From positions 7,035 to 71,034 of the IMG/VR virus record IMGVR_UViG_2617271064_000003: a DNA stretch of 64,000 nt; one strand, 5' to 3'. A program made the position numbers and the translations under genes. The notes under the pieces were generated by a model. It was not told the origin of the DNA. It made no database searches and saw only the letters and a program-made list of their open reading frames with translations. This stretch comes from a virus. Lineage: Duplodnaviria > Caudoviricetes. The first letter of the stretch is position 1. Each line of letters opens with the position of its first letter. This document shows, one piece after another, positions 1 to 9,189 of this stretch.

Positions 1-26
1 AGCGCGAAGACCTGGTCACTGCGCAT
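1..26 (-). CDS. umuC: 5' end of Y-family DNA polymerase UmuC/RulB (runs off the window)
   Basis: Minus strand reads MRSDQVFA, overlapping the umuD stop; matches the typical UmuC start (VFALIDCN). Confidence 0.65.
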
Positions 27-444
27 GGTCGCGAACGCTGTAACGCACAACGCCCCAGATGACGAGCTCATCGCCTTCCATGATGTACCGCGGCGGGTAC
101 GCTGGATTCTCCGATTTCAGAATCACTACGTCGTCGCGACGATGCAGACGCTTGCAGACCGGCTCGCTGTTTACTGCGGCAATGACTATATCGCCATGTT
201 CGGCCTCACGGCCGCGATCTACGATGACGATGTCGCCGGAGTAAATCCCCGCCCCTTGCATGCTGTCGCCCTCCACTTTCACCAGATACACATGGGGTGC
301 GCGGAGGTCGAATAGCTCATCAAGGGAAATATGGCCTTCCAGGTGGTCCGCTGCAGGGGATGGGAAGCCGGCCGGAACGTGAAACGAATACAGCGGTAGC
401 GGTTCGGTACCGCCGGTTGGCGTACCCAAGAATGTGATGGTCAT
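16..444 (-). CDS. umuD: UmuD/RulA-like S24 peptidase
   Basis: VPAGFPSPAADH cleavage motif, GDSM serine motif, VCKRL lysine; start trimmed to ATG 444 downstream of the SOS box. Confidence 0.92.
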   Translation of the reverse strand: MTITFLGTPTGGTEPLPLYSFHVPAGFPSPAADHLEGHISLDELFDLRAPHVYLVKVEGDSMQGAGIYSGDIVIVDRGREAEHGDIVIAAVNSEPVCKRLHRRDDVVILKSENPAYPPRYIMEGDELVIWGVVRYSVRDHAQ

Positions 445-464
445 GATGGAAGGTCCAATGCAAA

Positions 465-480
465 CTGTATGCATATACAG
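465..480. promoter_or_regulatory. LexA (SOS) box
   Basis: CTGTATGCATATACAG (CTG-N10-CAG) between divergent umuD and SRAP genes. Confidence 0.9.
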
Positions 481-547
481 TAAATCTGGCATCGGGTGCT
501 CGGTCAATCCTGGGCAGCGAAATTTCTGACGGGCGAGAGATGGGAAA

Positions 548-1267
548 ATGTGCGGACGGTACTCGATCTACGAATCGATGGATTACTACCTGCGCCAGCT
601 ATCGCTGGACCTGGTAGTGATCAATGGCTACGACCATGAGCCGATCAACCGATACAACGTAGCGCCGTCCACTCGCGTGGAAATCGTTCGCCAGGTTGGG
701 GGTCGATCGAGCGTGGATCGCGTCAAGTGGGGATGGTCGCCATTCTGGGCGAAGGGAAAGCGCCCCGATCCGATCAATGCTCGAGCCGAGACGGTGGTGG
801 CAGGGAAGTTCTTCAAGGGCCTTTGGCCGAACGGCAGAGCTCTTGCCCCTGCAAATGGCTGGTTTGAGTGGATCGCTGATCCCACGGACCCAAAGCGAAA
901 GCAGCCTTACTACATCACCAGCGCCGACGGCGGCCCGCTCTTCTTTGCGGCGCTGGCAGAGGTGCACCACAGCCTGGAGCCGGACGAGCGCGATGGGTTT
1001 GTGATCATTACTGCAGCAGCCGACCAAGGCCTGGTCGACATCCACGACAGAAAGCCCCTGGTGCTGTCCCCTGAGATTGCTAGGGAATGGATGGACCCCG
1101 GTACAACGAGTGAGCGCGCGGAGGAGATTGTCGAAGCAGGATGCCGACCCGCTCATGATTTCCGCTGGTTCCCGGTAGGAAAAGCAGTCGGCAAGGTCGG
1201 TAACCAGGGACCGGAGCTAATCGAACCTGTCAGTGAGGAGAACCGCCAGGGCGACCTAGAGCTTTAA
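548..1267 (+). CDS. SOS response-associated peptidase (SRAP/HMCES family)
   Basis: N-terminal MCGRY, RYNVAPS, INARAET and IHDRKP motifs. Confidence 0.95.
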   Translation: MCGRYSIYESMDYYLRQLSLDLVVINGYDHEPINRYNVAPSTRVEIVRQVGGRSSVDRVKWGWSPFWAKGKRPDPINARAETVVAGKFFKGLWPNGRALAPANGWFEWIADPTDPKRKQPYYITSADGGPLFFAALAEVHHSLEPDERDGFVIITAAADQGLVDIHDRKPLVLSPEIAREWMDPGTTSERAEEIVEAGCRPAHDFRWFPVGKAVGKVGNQGPELIEPVSEENRQGDLEL

Positions 1268-1436
1268 GCTGGTATTCGCTAACCGCTTGGAATTGCGATT
1301 CTGCGATCATGCGCAGTCGCTCGATCTCCAGGGGTGACGCTCCATCGCCCTGAGCCTGGTGATAACGCTTCAATGCTTCGACTGCATCGGTATACATCGG
1401 ATGATCTGGGAACAGTAACGGCGGAACATTTGACAT
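1230..1436 (-). CDS. Small hypothetical protein, paralog of 1451-1669
   Basis: Shares the E(I/V)ERLR-IA(E/D)S-(F/Y)QAV motif with its neighbour. Confidence 0.7.
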   Translation of the reverse strand: MSNVPPLLFPDHPMYTDAVEALKRYHQAQGDGASPLEIERLRMIAESQFQAVSEYQLKALGRPGGSPH

Positions 1437-1450
1437 TACAGAGCCCCCTT

Positions 1451-1669
1451 TCAATGGATGGTATCAGGCGCCTGTTTGGCTTCGATCAGTTGAAAATCGA
1501 TGACGGCCTGGTAGAGGGAGTCCGCGATAAGGCGCAACCGCTCCACCTCTTCAGCAGACGCGTTAGCAGCCTCAGCGGCTCGGAGCTCCCTCATGGCATC
1601 AATCGCCTTCTTAATCAGCGCCTCACCGGCCTCAACAATCCCAATGAAAGATCGCTTAGCCACAGTCAC
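1451..1669 (-). CDS. Small hypothetical protein
   Basis: ORF with GGAG RBS; paralogous to 1230-1436. Confidence 0.7.
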   Translation of the reverse strand: MTVAKRSFIGIVEAGEALIKKAIDAMRELRAAEAANASAEEVERLRLIADSLYQAVIDFQLIEAKQAPDTIH

Positions 1670-1740
1670 TCCAATCAGTTAATTTTGATGAAGCATAGGG
1701 TAAGACGATCCAAGCAGCTACAGCAGAAGATCCCTGCATT

Positions 1741-2535
1741 TTAGAAAAGTTGACCGAGTTGTGACGGCTCCCAATTCATGATCACCAGCTCACCGGTCAA
1801 ATCGGCCTGGCCATGCCTCTGGTTCGCGGTGGTATACCGGATATCCAACCGCTCGAAGTGGAACCCGTCAAAAGCCGCTCGAATGTCGGGATGGTCGTTG
1901 ATGCTCACCATGACGTTGCCTTTGCAGGTGCGCATGAACTCGGCCATGCGCTCATATTGGTCAAACGGAAAGTCGACACCGTAGCCTGCGGTCTGCCAGT
2001 AAGGCGGGTCCATGTAGAAGAAGGTGTGTGCTCGATCATAGCGCTGCGCGCAGTCGAGCCATGACAGGTTCTCGACGTAGGTACCGGCCAGCCGTTGCCA
2101 GGCCGCGGAAAGGTTCTCCTCGATGCGCAACAGGTTGATAGCAGGGCCGGTGGTGGCGGTGCCGAACGTTTGCCCAGTAACCTTCCCGCCGAAGGCGTGC
2201 TGCTGCAGATAAAAGAACCGCGCCGCGCGCTGGATATCGGTCAACGTCTCCGGTCTCGCCATCTTTTGCCACTCGAAGATCTGCCGAGACGAAAGTGCCC
2301 ATTTGAACTGTCGGACAAATTCCTCCAAGTGGTTCTGCACCACCCTATACAGGTTGACCAGATCGCCGTTGAGATCATTCAAGACCTCCACCTGGGCGGG
2401 TTGTGGTCGCATGAAGTAGAGGGCGGCGCCACCGGCGAAGACTTCGACGTAGCACTCATGGGCGGGGAACAGCGGGATCAAGCGGTCGGCCAGGCGGCGC
2501 TTGCCGCCCATCCAGGGGATGATTGGGTTAGTCAA
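1741..2535 (-). CDS. DNA adenine methyltransferase (Dam/D12 class)
   Basis: PWMGGK, EVFAGGAA, LNDLNGDLVNLY, DPPY catalytic motif; TTG start. Confidence 0.93.
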   Translation of the reverse strand: MTNPIIPWMGGKRRLADRLIPLFPAHECYVEVFAGGAALYFMRPQPAQVEVLNDLNGDLVNLYRVVQNHLEEFVRQFKWALSSRQIFEWQKMARPETLTDIQRAARFFYLQQHAFGGKVTGQTFGTATTGPAINLLRIEENLSAAWQRLAGTYVENLSWLDCAQRYDRAHTFFYMDPPYWQTAGYGVDFPFDQYERMAEFMRTCKGNVMVSINDHPDIRAAFDGFHFERLDIRYTTANQRHGQADLTGELVIMNWEPSQLGQLF

Positions 2536-2549
2536 TTTGCAAACCTTTA

Positions 2550-2565
2550 CTGTATGGATGAACAG
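2550..2565. promoter_or_regulatory. LexA (SOS) box
   Basis: CTGTATGGATGAACAG just upstream of the methylase start. Confidence 0.75.
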
Positions 2566-2702
2566 GTTCTAGGCTCGCCGTGCTTTGTGCACAGAGCGGG
2601 AGCCTTGGCTGGGCTTGCAGGTATGGTCTGCGGGTTCGGCGGTCAGCAGGGATGTTGACGCATCCCCGGTGGCCGCTCTCTTTGCATGAAGCCTTCGAAT
2701 AA

Positions 2703-3224
2703 TTAGCGGGCGCTTCCTGACGCCCGTTTTGCGATCAGGGCGTCGTGTTCCCGGGAGCACTGCTCACCGGCGATCCTGGCTCGGTCATAAGCCTGCGCCA
2801 GCTCTCGATTCGTAGCGACAGACCGGTCGAGCAGGTCGGAAAGCACCATGGCGGCGCGGGTGGCTGCCTGGCCTCGGGCGATAGCGGCGGTATCCGTGCC
2901 GGGGCAACTGACGGTGGCAGCGAGCTTGGCACCTTCGTCGCGCAGCCGTTGGCCAGCAGCATCGGCGCCAGCAGCGCCAGCATCAGCAATCGTTCTTTCT
3001 TCATGCGCTTTCACCCTCGCCTCTTGCTGCGCGTCTGCGCTCCGGTGTTCTTCCTGGCGCGCCGATCGTTCGCCAATGACCTCGGCCAAGCGGTCGCCGC
3101 GGTCTCGTTGTGCTGATACCTGACCGCCCTTCGCCCGCTCTAGCGAGATGCCGTGTTGGTACGCGCCCCAATGGGAAGCCAGAAGGACAAGCACAGCGGC
3201 AGCCGTAGCAGGCCCAACACTCAT
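2703..3224 (-). CDS. i-spanin (Rz-like, DUF2514-like)
   Basis: N-terminal TM segment plus coiled coil directly after the endolysin; contains an embedded lipoprotein ORF. Confidence 0.85.
   Translation of the reverse strand: MSVGPATAAAVLVLLASHWGAYQHGISLERAKGGQVSAQRDRGDRLAEVIGERSARQEEHRSADAQQEARVKAHEERTIADAGAAGADAAGQRLRDEGAKLAATVSCPGTDTAAIARGQAATRAAMVLSDLLDRSVATNRELAQAYDRARIAGEQCSREHDALIAKRASGSAR
2735..3004 (-). CDS. o-spanin (Rz1-like) embedded in Rz
   Basis: Lipobox LLANGC and Pro-rich mature region, in an alternate frame inside Rz. Confidence 0.8.
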   Translation of the reverse strand: MKKERLLMLALLAPMLLANGCATKVPSSLPPSVAPARIPPLSPEARQPPAPPWCFPTCSTGLSLRIESWRRLMTEPGSPVSSAPGNTTP

Positions 3225-3667
3225 GACAAAGCCCGCCGGATACCCTCATCAATGATCATCGACGGGTACGGGTTGCCGCCGTTCTCGTGGATGATGATAC
3301 CGAGCACCATCCCCCGCAGCGTGGCCGGCTCTTTGATGTCGATCGGGTCCGTGGCCTGAACGCCCAGGCGCTTGGCCACGGCAGCGGCGTAGGCCTGGGT
3401 GTCGTTCTCGTTGCTTGGCGCCCAGCGGTTGATAGTTTCGAGCACGGTGTCGATCCCCTTCCCGCCTACTCCCGGCATCCCGTCCTTGCCGCGGTAGTTG
3501 ATCAGCAGCTTGCCCAAGGCGCGGATGCCGTTCTCGGGATGGTCAAATCGGGCGAAGCGCGGCTTGGCCACTCCCTCTTCCAAGCCGAGCTGGCCCTGCC
3601 AGGCGTTGCGCGGGTTGTAATCGATGTTGCCGGGGTTCTTGTTGCGGACTCCGCGAGGTGTGGTCAT
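3221..3667 (-). CDS. Endolysin-like protein (structural protein P5-type lysozyme-like family)
   Basis: RGVRNKNPGNI, RWAPSNENDT and IIIHENG motifs; upstream of the spanins. Confidence 0.8.
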   Translation of the reverse strand: MTTPRGVRNKNPGNIDYNPRNAWQGQLGLEEGVAKPRFARFDHPENGIRALGKLLINYRGKDGMPGVGGKGIDTVLETINRWAPSNENDTQAYAAAVAKRLGVQATDPIDIKEPATLRGMVLGIIIHENGGNPYPSMIIDEGIRRALS

Positions 3668-3757
3668 GTTTTCTCCATGCACAAAAAAGCCCACAAATGC
3701 GGGCGAGAAGGTAATATTCGCGGCTTACTCAGCAGCCCGATGAAAGGGAATTCAGAA

Positions 3758-5728
3758 ATGCAAGGCAAACACTTGGCCTATCGTCCGGACATAGACGGGC
3801 TCAGGGCTCTGGCCGTACTGGCCGTGACAATTTTCCACTTCAATAAGCAATGGCTACCTGGTGGCTTCGTAGGAGTTGACGTTTTTTTCGTCATATCCGG
3901 CTACCTGATCACAGGAATCATCTACGGGAAAGGCTCTGACTTTTCCTTTGGTGACTTTTACGGTCGTCGGGTCCGCCGAATTCTTCCTGCCGCGACATTT
4001 GTGACCATAGTCACTTTGATTGCTGGGTCATTGTTGCTCTTGCCAGCAGACGTGAAGGCCCTGTCGCAGTCAGCAATTGGCGCCACTCTTTCTGCAGCCA
4101 ACATCTACTTCTGGCTTTTCCTAGATACAGGTTATTTCGCCGCTTCGTCCGATACCGTGCCGCTGTTGCACATGTGGTCGCTAGGCGTCGAAGAGCAGTT
4201 CTATATGATCTGGCCGGCACTCATGATCATCGCCATGAAACTCGGCGGTAAGCGCCTGCTTGTAGCTACCGGCGTGGTTCTGGCCATTGCATCGTTCGCA
4301 GTGAGCGAGTACTTCATTGCGCGTGACCCTTCCTTCGCTTACTACATGCTGCCATCCAGGGCTGGCGAACTGCTGGTAGGCGCCCTACTTTTCCTGTGGC
4401 AAGACTCCCGCCGTATTCCAGCTTCGGCTGCAAACATAGCTGGCGCCGTTGGCCTAGCCATGGTTGCAGGCGCAGTAGTGCTGCTCGACGAGAAAAATGG
4501 CTTCCCTGGTATACGATCGGTTATCCCTTCTGTAGGCGCAGCCCTACTGATTCTGGCGGGCACAAATCAAGCCAGTCCTCTTTCCAAAATTCTCGGCAAC
4601 TCGGCAGCTCGGTACATCGGGCTACGGTCCTTCTCGCTCTACCTGTGGCACTGGCCAGTGCTTGCCTTCTACCGCTACGCTTACGGCGAACCAACTTTGG
4701 CTGGCGGGCTAGCGTGCGCAGCACTGATGGTACTACTGACTCTGATCTCGTATCACCTAATCGAAACCCCGTTCAGGTCGAGAAGCCCTATGTGGCTTCT
4801 CACCAAGGCAGGGCCCATCGTTGCGACAAGTGCTGGGGTAATAGTCGCCGGGTATGTCCTGGACAATAACAAGGGCTACTGGCCAACCACTTCTGGCGAT
4901 CAGTACAAAAGGTTAATTTCTCAGCACGACTACAACACCAAACCGGCCAGCCGCTTCCCGTTCAATTGCCAGATGATGAAATACGATCCAATTAACTGGA
5001 CTGAGGATCAGTGTGTAAACGGCGACAGGTCAGTACCTCCCGAAACTCTGCTTTGGGGTGACTCGAATGCGGCACACTACGTAGGATATCTGAAAGCTAT
5101 CGGAGAAAGCAGACACTTTTCAATCCGTAATATCTCCCACTCTTCTTGCCCACCGGTCAGGGATACGAAAGGCATTCTTGGGCCAGACCGCGAAAAGTCC
5201 TGCAACGAATTCAACGTTCGGGCTTTTGCTGAGTCGAAGAAATATAGAACTGTGATAATCGGTGCGTCATGGGAGTCGTATGCAGCGAGAGGCGGAAAGG
5301 AAAAGTTTGCTGAAACCATTGCCGAATTGGCCGGTAATCACAATCAGGTAATCATCGCCCTCAACGTTCCTCTATTTGAAGGGCTCGACCGCATGTGTAC
5401 TGCGAAATCCATTCGTATTCCTGGAATGGACTGCCCATCGACAGCGATCCTCCCCGACCAGGGCGACAGCGAAGTAAATATGTACCTAAAGAAAATCGCC
5501 GCACAGTACCCGAACGTCGCAACGTTTGATGTACGCCCACAAATCTGCAAGGACGGCACCTGCTCGGCATATGACAAGGGTACCCTCCTCTATTTCGACC
5601 ACGCCCACATAAGTATGATAGGGTCAGAGATATTAGGCCGATCTGTTTTGGAGAGCGATCAAGTACCACAATCTATCGCAGCTCTTGGGCAGTCGGCTCG
5701 ATCAGTAGGTCAACACACTCCTGATTAA
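3758..5728 (+). CDS. Acyltransferase-3 + SGNH O-acetyltransferase (OafA/OatA-like; probable O-antigen modification moron)
   Basis: YRPDIDGLRALAV, GVDVFFVISGYLI, HMWSLGVEEQFY, SLYLWHWP; C-terminal GDS...DHAH; opposite strand to the late operon. Confidence 0.93.
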   Translation: MQGKHLAYRPDIDGLRALAVLAVTIFHFNKQWLPGGFVGVDVFFVISGYLITGIIYGKGSDFSFGDFYGRRVRRILPAATFVTIVTLIAGSLLLLPADVKALSQSAIGATLSAANIYFWLFLDTGYFAASSDTVPLLHMWSLGVEEQFYMIWPALMIIAMKLGGKRLLVATGVVLAIASFAVSEYFIARDPSFAYYMLPSRAGELLVGALLFLWQDSRRIPASAANIAGAVGLAMVAGAVVLLDEKNGFPGIRSVIPSVGAALLILAGTNQASPLSKILGNSAARYIGLRSFSLYLWHWPVLAFYRYAYGEPTLAGGLACAALMVLLTLISYHLIETPFRSRSPMWLLTKAGPIVATSAGVIVAGYVLDNNKGYWPTTSGDQYKRLISQHDYNTKPASRFPFNCQMMKYDPINWTEDQCVNGDRSVPPETLLWGDSNAAHYVGYLKAIGESRHFSIRNISHSSCPPVRDTKGILGPDREKSCNEFNVRAFAESKKYRTVIIGASWESYAARGGKEKFAETIAELAGNHNQVIIALNVPLFEGLDRMCTAKSIRIPGMDCPSTAILPDQGDSEVNMYLKKIAAQYPNVATFDVRPQICKDGTCSAYDKGTLLYFDHAHISMIGSEILGRSVLESDQVPQSIAALGQSARSVGQHTPD

Positions 5729-5758
5729 CCATATGAACTGGTGATCCTGACGCAACAT

Positions 5759-5782
5759 TAAGCCCGCAGTAAAGCGGGCTTA
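5759..5782. terminator. Bidirectional hairpin terminator
   Basis: TAAGCCCGC-agtaaa-GCGGGCTTA between convergent genes. Confidence 0.7.
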
Positions 5783-5789
5783 ATTTATC

Positions 5790-8657
5790 TCATTGCACTC
5801 CAAGATTACCGAACTCATATCCCGGGGACGAAACGTCCAGCCCCCTAGCCCCAACCACAGTGCTGCCAACTTCTTTTCCCGCAATCGATGGCGTCGGATT
5901 CACTCGCCCGGCTCCGGCTGCACTTAAAGCCCAGGCAAGCCAAGGTTTTCCGCCTTTGGTGTACTGGAATGCGCAGTTCACATCACCTTGGACGATATCG
6001 ATAGGGGCTACTGCGTAGCCGCCGCGCCACTTATACCCCTGTCCAGCCAGGAAGGTTGTGTGAATGCCGGAGATAGCTGCTTGGTAGAATTTCCAGCTAT
6101 TAGAGTTCCGACGGGCGAAAGGCAAGGCAGACGTCACATAGCGGCCATCCCCGGCCTCATAGGTTCGATCCATCCAGCTGGCACAGAACCCCCGTGTCGG
6201 GTGGAAGCAGACCGCAGCGAACACGTCCGGTGCGGCGCTCTTCGGCTGGGCACTTACCGAGGCCTCGTCGCTCGCAAGCAAAGGGCCGCGGTTATCACCG
6301 ATATAGTGCACCCACTCAGGAAACGCAGAGTACACACCCATCTGCGGGCCGTTTTCGATTTCAACGACCACATCCTCTAGTGCTTCGAACTCGTAGAGAA
6401 CCTCCCAAGAACCAGGCCTTACATGCGCCACGAAGTGCTGCCGACCAACATAGCGCTCAAGCGTCAGGGTGTTGTAAGCAAGAAGCTCGACCTGCCAGGA
6501 AAACGTGGCTGTATCAGCCGGGCCGGAATAGGTTTGTTCGGCGGCCATCTCCTGACCATTGATGGAGCACTTCAGGTTCACCATCCGCGCGGTAGGCTTT
6601 GTCAGCTCAACCTCATTCCAGTGGCCGCCGCCCGTGTACTGCTTGGCTCCACCGTCCCCATTGTTGACCGCACGCACTACCATGGGCGGAAGCCAGTCTG
6701 TGCTCCACCCACCAAGGTCTTCCCATGCCGCCGATTCAACGGTCGTTAGCGGCGCGATGCGCCAGCCCTTGAAGTTGAAAAGCTGGTTGATCTGGTTGGG
6801 ACCGAACTTCTGCATGAACATCTGACCGGCGCCATGCGACCAAATGAAGTCGAAGTTATTGCCGGTGGTCTCGCCCTCCACCCACATCCGGCCGGCTTGC
6901 AGCTGCTTCGACGTAGCCGATGCGTTCGCGTAGGTGTACCGCGATGGATCGACAATCCAGCTTCTTGCGCTCGCACCCGAGGTGTTTGCGTTGATCGCAA
7001 CGCCAAGAGCCGGCAAGGCTGCGGCGTCGATGGTCAGCTTGAACTTGATACCGGGACGACTCTTCGGCGTGATAATGAGCGTTTGGACGCCACCGTTACG
7101 GTCAATATCAGGTGCAGGATCGCTGTAGTTGTGGATCACCACATTGTCAGTTACAGCGCCATAGTCATCCCGGTCAGACTCTTGGAAAATCCAGCCGTAG
7201 GTGTAATCACCGAACAAGGGAGCGCCGTTCTTTTGAAACGCAACCTTGTAGTATTTGGTCGGATCCGCACCTGAAACCTCACAGTTCAACAGGAAACTGT
7301 TAAGCACTGTGTTTACTGGCGAAGTCACACCGCCTTGCGCCATTGGCCGAAGGGGATAGTTTTTTCCCTTGTTGATGGTCAGCGCATCATCCTTCAGATA
7401 CGGCGCGTCCACGTAGCACGATGGATCGACAATCCAGCTCCGACCAGGCGTACCCGAACTGTTGGAGTCAACTGGCACGCCTACAGATGGCAGGGCTGCG
7501 GCGTCGAGCGTAATTTGGAACCGCATCTCCTGCCGGAGGGCCGGCCTTACCGTGATGGTCTGGATGCCCCCGGTTCGGTTGATGTCGGGAGCCGGATCGG
7601 AGTAGGTATGGATCATCGTCACGGTGCCGGTCGCCGCATACGTCGAGGCGTCCGCTTCGTACAGAACCCAGCCGAACTCGAAGCTGCCGGCGAGACCTGG
7701 CGCGCCGTTTTTTTGAAGGCTGATCAGGTAGTACTTGCCCGCAACAGCACCGAGCACTTCGCATTTCAGCAACAGTCGATTCATGACCGGGTTGGGTATA
7801 GATGTCACCCCACCACGGCTCATCGATCGCAGCGGCAAGCTCTTGCCAATATTTAGCGTCAGCGCGTCATCTTTAACGATTGGAGGGGCTGAGTACCTCG
7901 ATGGATCAACGATCCAGCTTCGACCGGCAGCGCCCGTACTGTTCGAGTCAATAGCCGTTCCTGCCGCAGGAAGCGCCGCGGCATCCAGGGTGATCTTGAA
8001 CCTGATATCTGGACGGAGCTGGGGGGTTACCGTGATCGTCTGGACCCCACCAGTCCGGCTAATGTCGGGGGCAGGATCGACCAACGAGTGAATTTGCGTA
8101 AATGCTCCGGTCGTCGCGTAGGTGGCAGCATCCGCTTCGAGCAGGATCCAGCCAAACTCATAGGCCCCCACAAGCCCGGTAGCACCGTTCTTTTGCAGCG
8201 AGATCAGGTAGTACTTCCCTGGCTCGGCGCCAATGATCTCGCAGTTCAGCAGGACGCGATTCATCACTGCGTTTGCCGGTGAGGTGACGCCGCCCCGGTT
8301 CATTTGGCGGAGCGGGTACGCCTTGCCCCGGTTGATGGTCAGGGCATCGGCCAGCCAGGACAGCAGGGACGATATCTCAACCGCGACCCCGGCGTCGTTC
8401 CGGTAGCGGGTCTCGAACACGTCACCAGTACCTGGCACCGTGAAGAATCGGTTGTTCGTACCGGTTCCATTGGTCTTAGTCAGGCCCTCGGCAACAGTGG
8501 TGTAGGTGCCAATGCTCGCGAGAAATTCTGCGTAGATCTTTTTTAGGGTTGGCTTGGTGATGCCGTTGATCGTGACGAAGTCAGCATCAGATAGGAACAG
8601 CGCGTTGGCAGTGGTCACCAGCCCATGGAACAGCTGATTGTCGGTAGCTACGCTCAT
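5790..8657 (-). CDS. Tail fibre / receptor-binding protein with three tandem ~160-aa repeats
   Basis: Last gene of the tail cluster; repeat DALT(I/L)N.GK.(Y/L)PLR...RSWIVDPS occurs three times. Confidence 0.75.
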   Translation of the reverse strand: MSVATDNQLFHGLVTTANALFLSDADFVTINGITKPTLKKIYAEFLASIGTYTTVAEGLTKTNGTGTNNRFFTVPGTGDVFETRYRNDAGVAVEISSLLSWLADALTINRGKAYPLRQMNRGGVTSPANAVMNRVLLNCEIIGAEPGKYYLISLQKNGATGLVGAYEFGWILLEADAATYATTGAFTQIHSLVDPAPDISRTGGVQTITVTPQLRPDIRFKITLDAAALPAAGTAIDSNSTGAAGRSWIVDPSRYSAPPIVKDDALTLNIGKSLPLRSMSRGGVTSIPNPVMNRLLLKCEVLGAVAGKYYLISLQKNGAPGLAGSFEFGWVLYEADASTYAATGTVTMIHTYSDPAPDINRTGGIQTITVRPALRQEMRFQITLDAAALPSVGVPVDSNSSGTPGRSWIVDPSCYVDAPYLKDDALTINKGKNYPLRPMAQGGVTSPVNTVLNSFLLNCEVSGADPTKYYKVAFQKNGAPLFGDYTYGWIFQESDRDDYGAVTDNVVIHNYSDPAPDIDRNGGVQTLIITPKSRPGIKFKLTIDAAALPALGVAINANTSGASARSWIVDPSRYTYANASATSKQLQAGRMWVEGETTGNNFDFIWSHGAGQMFMQKFGPNQINQLFNFKGWRIAPLTTVESAAWEDLGGWSTDWLPPMVVRAVNNGDGGAKQYTGGGHWNEVELTKPTARMVNLKCSINGQEMAAEQTYSGPADTATFSWQVELLAYNTLTLERYVGRQHFVAHVRPGSWEVLYEFEALEDVVVEIENGPQMGVYSAFPEWVHYIGDNRGPLLASDEASVSAQPKSAAPDVFAAVCFHPTRGFCASWMDRTYEAGDGRYVTSALPFARRNSNSWKFYQAAISGIHTTFLAGQGYKWRGGYAVAPIDIVQGDVNCAFQYTKGGKPWLAWALSAAGAGRVNPTPSIAGKEVGSTVVGARGLDVSSPGYEFGNLGVQ
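6930..8346 (-). repeat. Three ~480-bp coding repeats in the tail fibre
   Basis: GATGGATC(G/A)AC(A/G)ATCCAGCT recurs near 6943, 7420 and 7900. Confidence 0.9.
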
Positions 8658-8700
8658 AGAAACTCCAGGCGAAAAAAAACCCGCATGAGCGGGCGAGCAT

Positions 8701-9189
8701 TCAATTGATCTGGGCTCCAGGCCAAGACTTGGTGTACCAACGCATAAGCTCGGCAGTTAGAGCTGCGTTCATGACCGGCAAAGGCATCCCGAGGAGCAAC
8801 TCTGCGAAAGCAGCCTCATCGACAATGGGCAACTCAAACAGCTCCAAGGAGGCCGTGTATCGCCACAGATCATCACTGGCAAACTCTGGGCCTTCGTAAA
8901 TATCGGTGAATCTGGAGCGGGTCGGCCTAAGCCCTAAAGGTGTTCTGATGGGACAAAGAAACCAGTCTGCCCAGCCGATCTCCCATTTACACCACCCCTC
9001 AAACAACTTGGCTTCCTCGGTCGACAAGATCCAACTTACTCGCAGGATGGTTGGAACGCTGCCAAACCGGCGACGCTGCATTGCCCTGCCACTCGCCATC
9101 GTTGTTCGAACTATTGGGCTGACTGGCTTGAAGCCGTAGCCGTCAGCAACTGGCAACGGAAGACCATCAGGAAGTAACAGCATCCTCAA
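8701..9189 (-). CDS. Minor tail protein (distal tail/gpM-like)
   Basis: P..DGYGFKP.SPIVRTTMASGRA.QRRRF motif typical of siphophage tail proteins. Confidence 0.7.
   Translation of the reverse strand: MRMLLLPDGLPLPVADGYGFKPVSPIVRTTMASGRAMQRRRFGSVPTILRVSWILSTEEAKLFEGWCKWEIGWADWFLCPIRTPLGLRPTRSRFTDIYEGPEFASDDLWRYTASLELFELPIVDEAAFAELLLGMPLPVMNAALTAELMRWYTKSWPGAQIN

Noticed and set aside
3287-3757. N-terminal extension of the 813-aa acyltransferase ORF
   Set aside because: It overlaps the endolysin on the opposite strand; family similarity starts at about 3758.
5790-8657. Diversity-generating retroelement or invertible tail-fibre cassette
   Set aside because: No reverse transcriptase or serine invertase; the repeats are in-frame and diverged at all bases, not only adenines.
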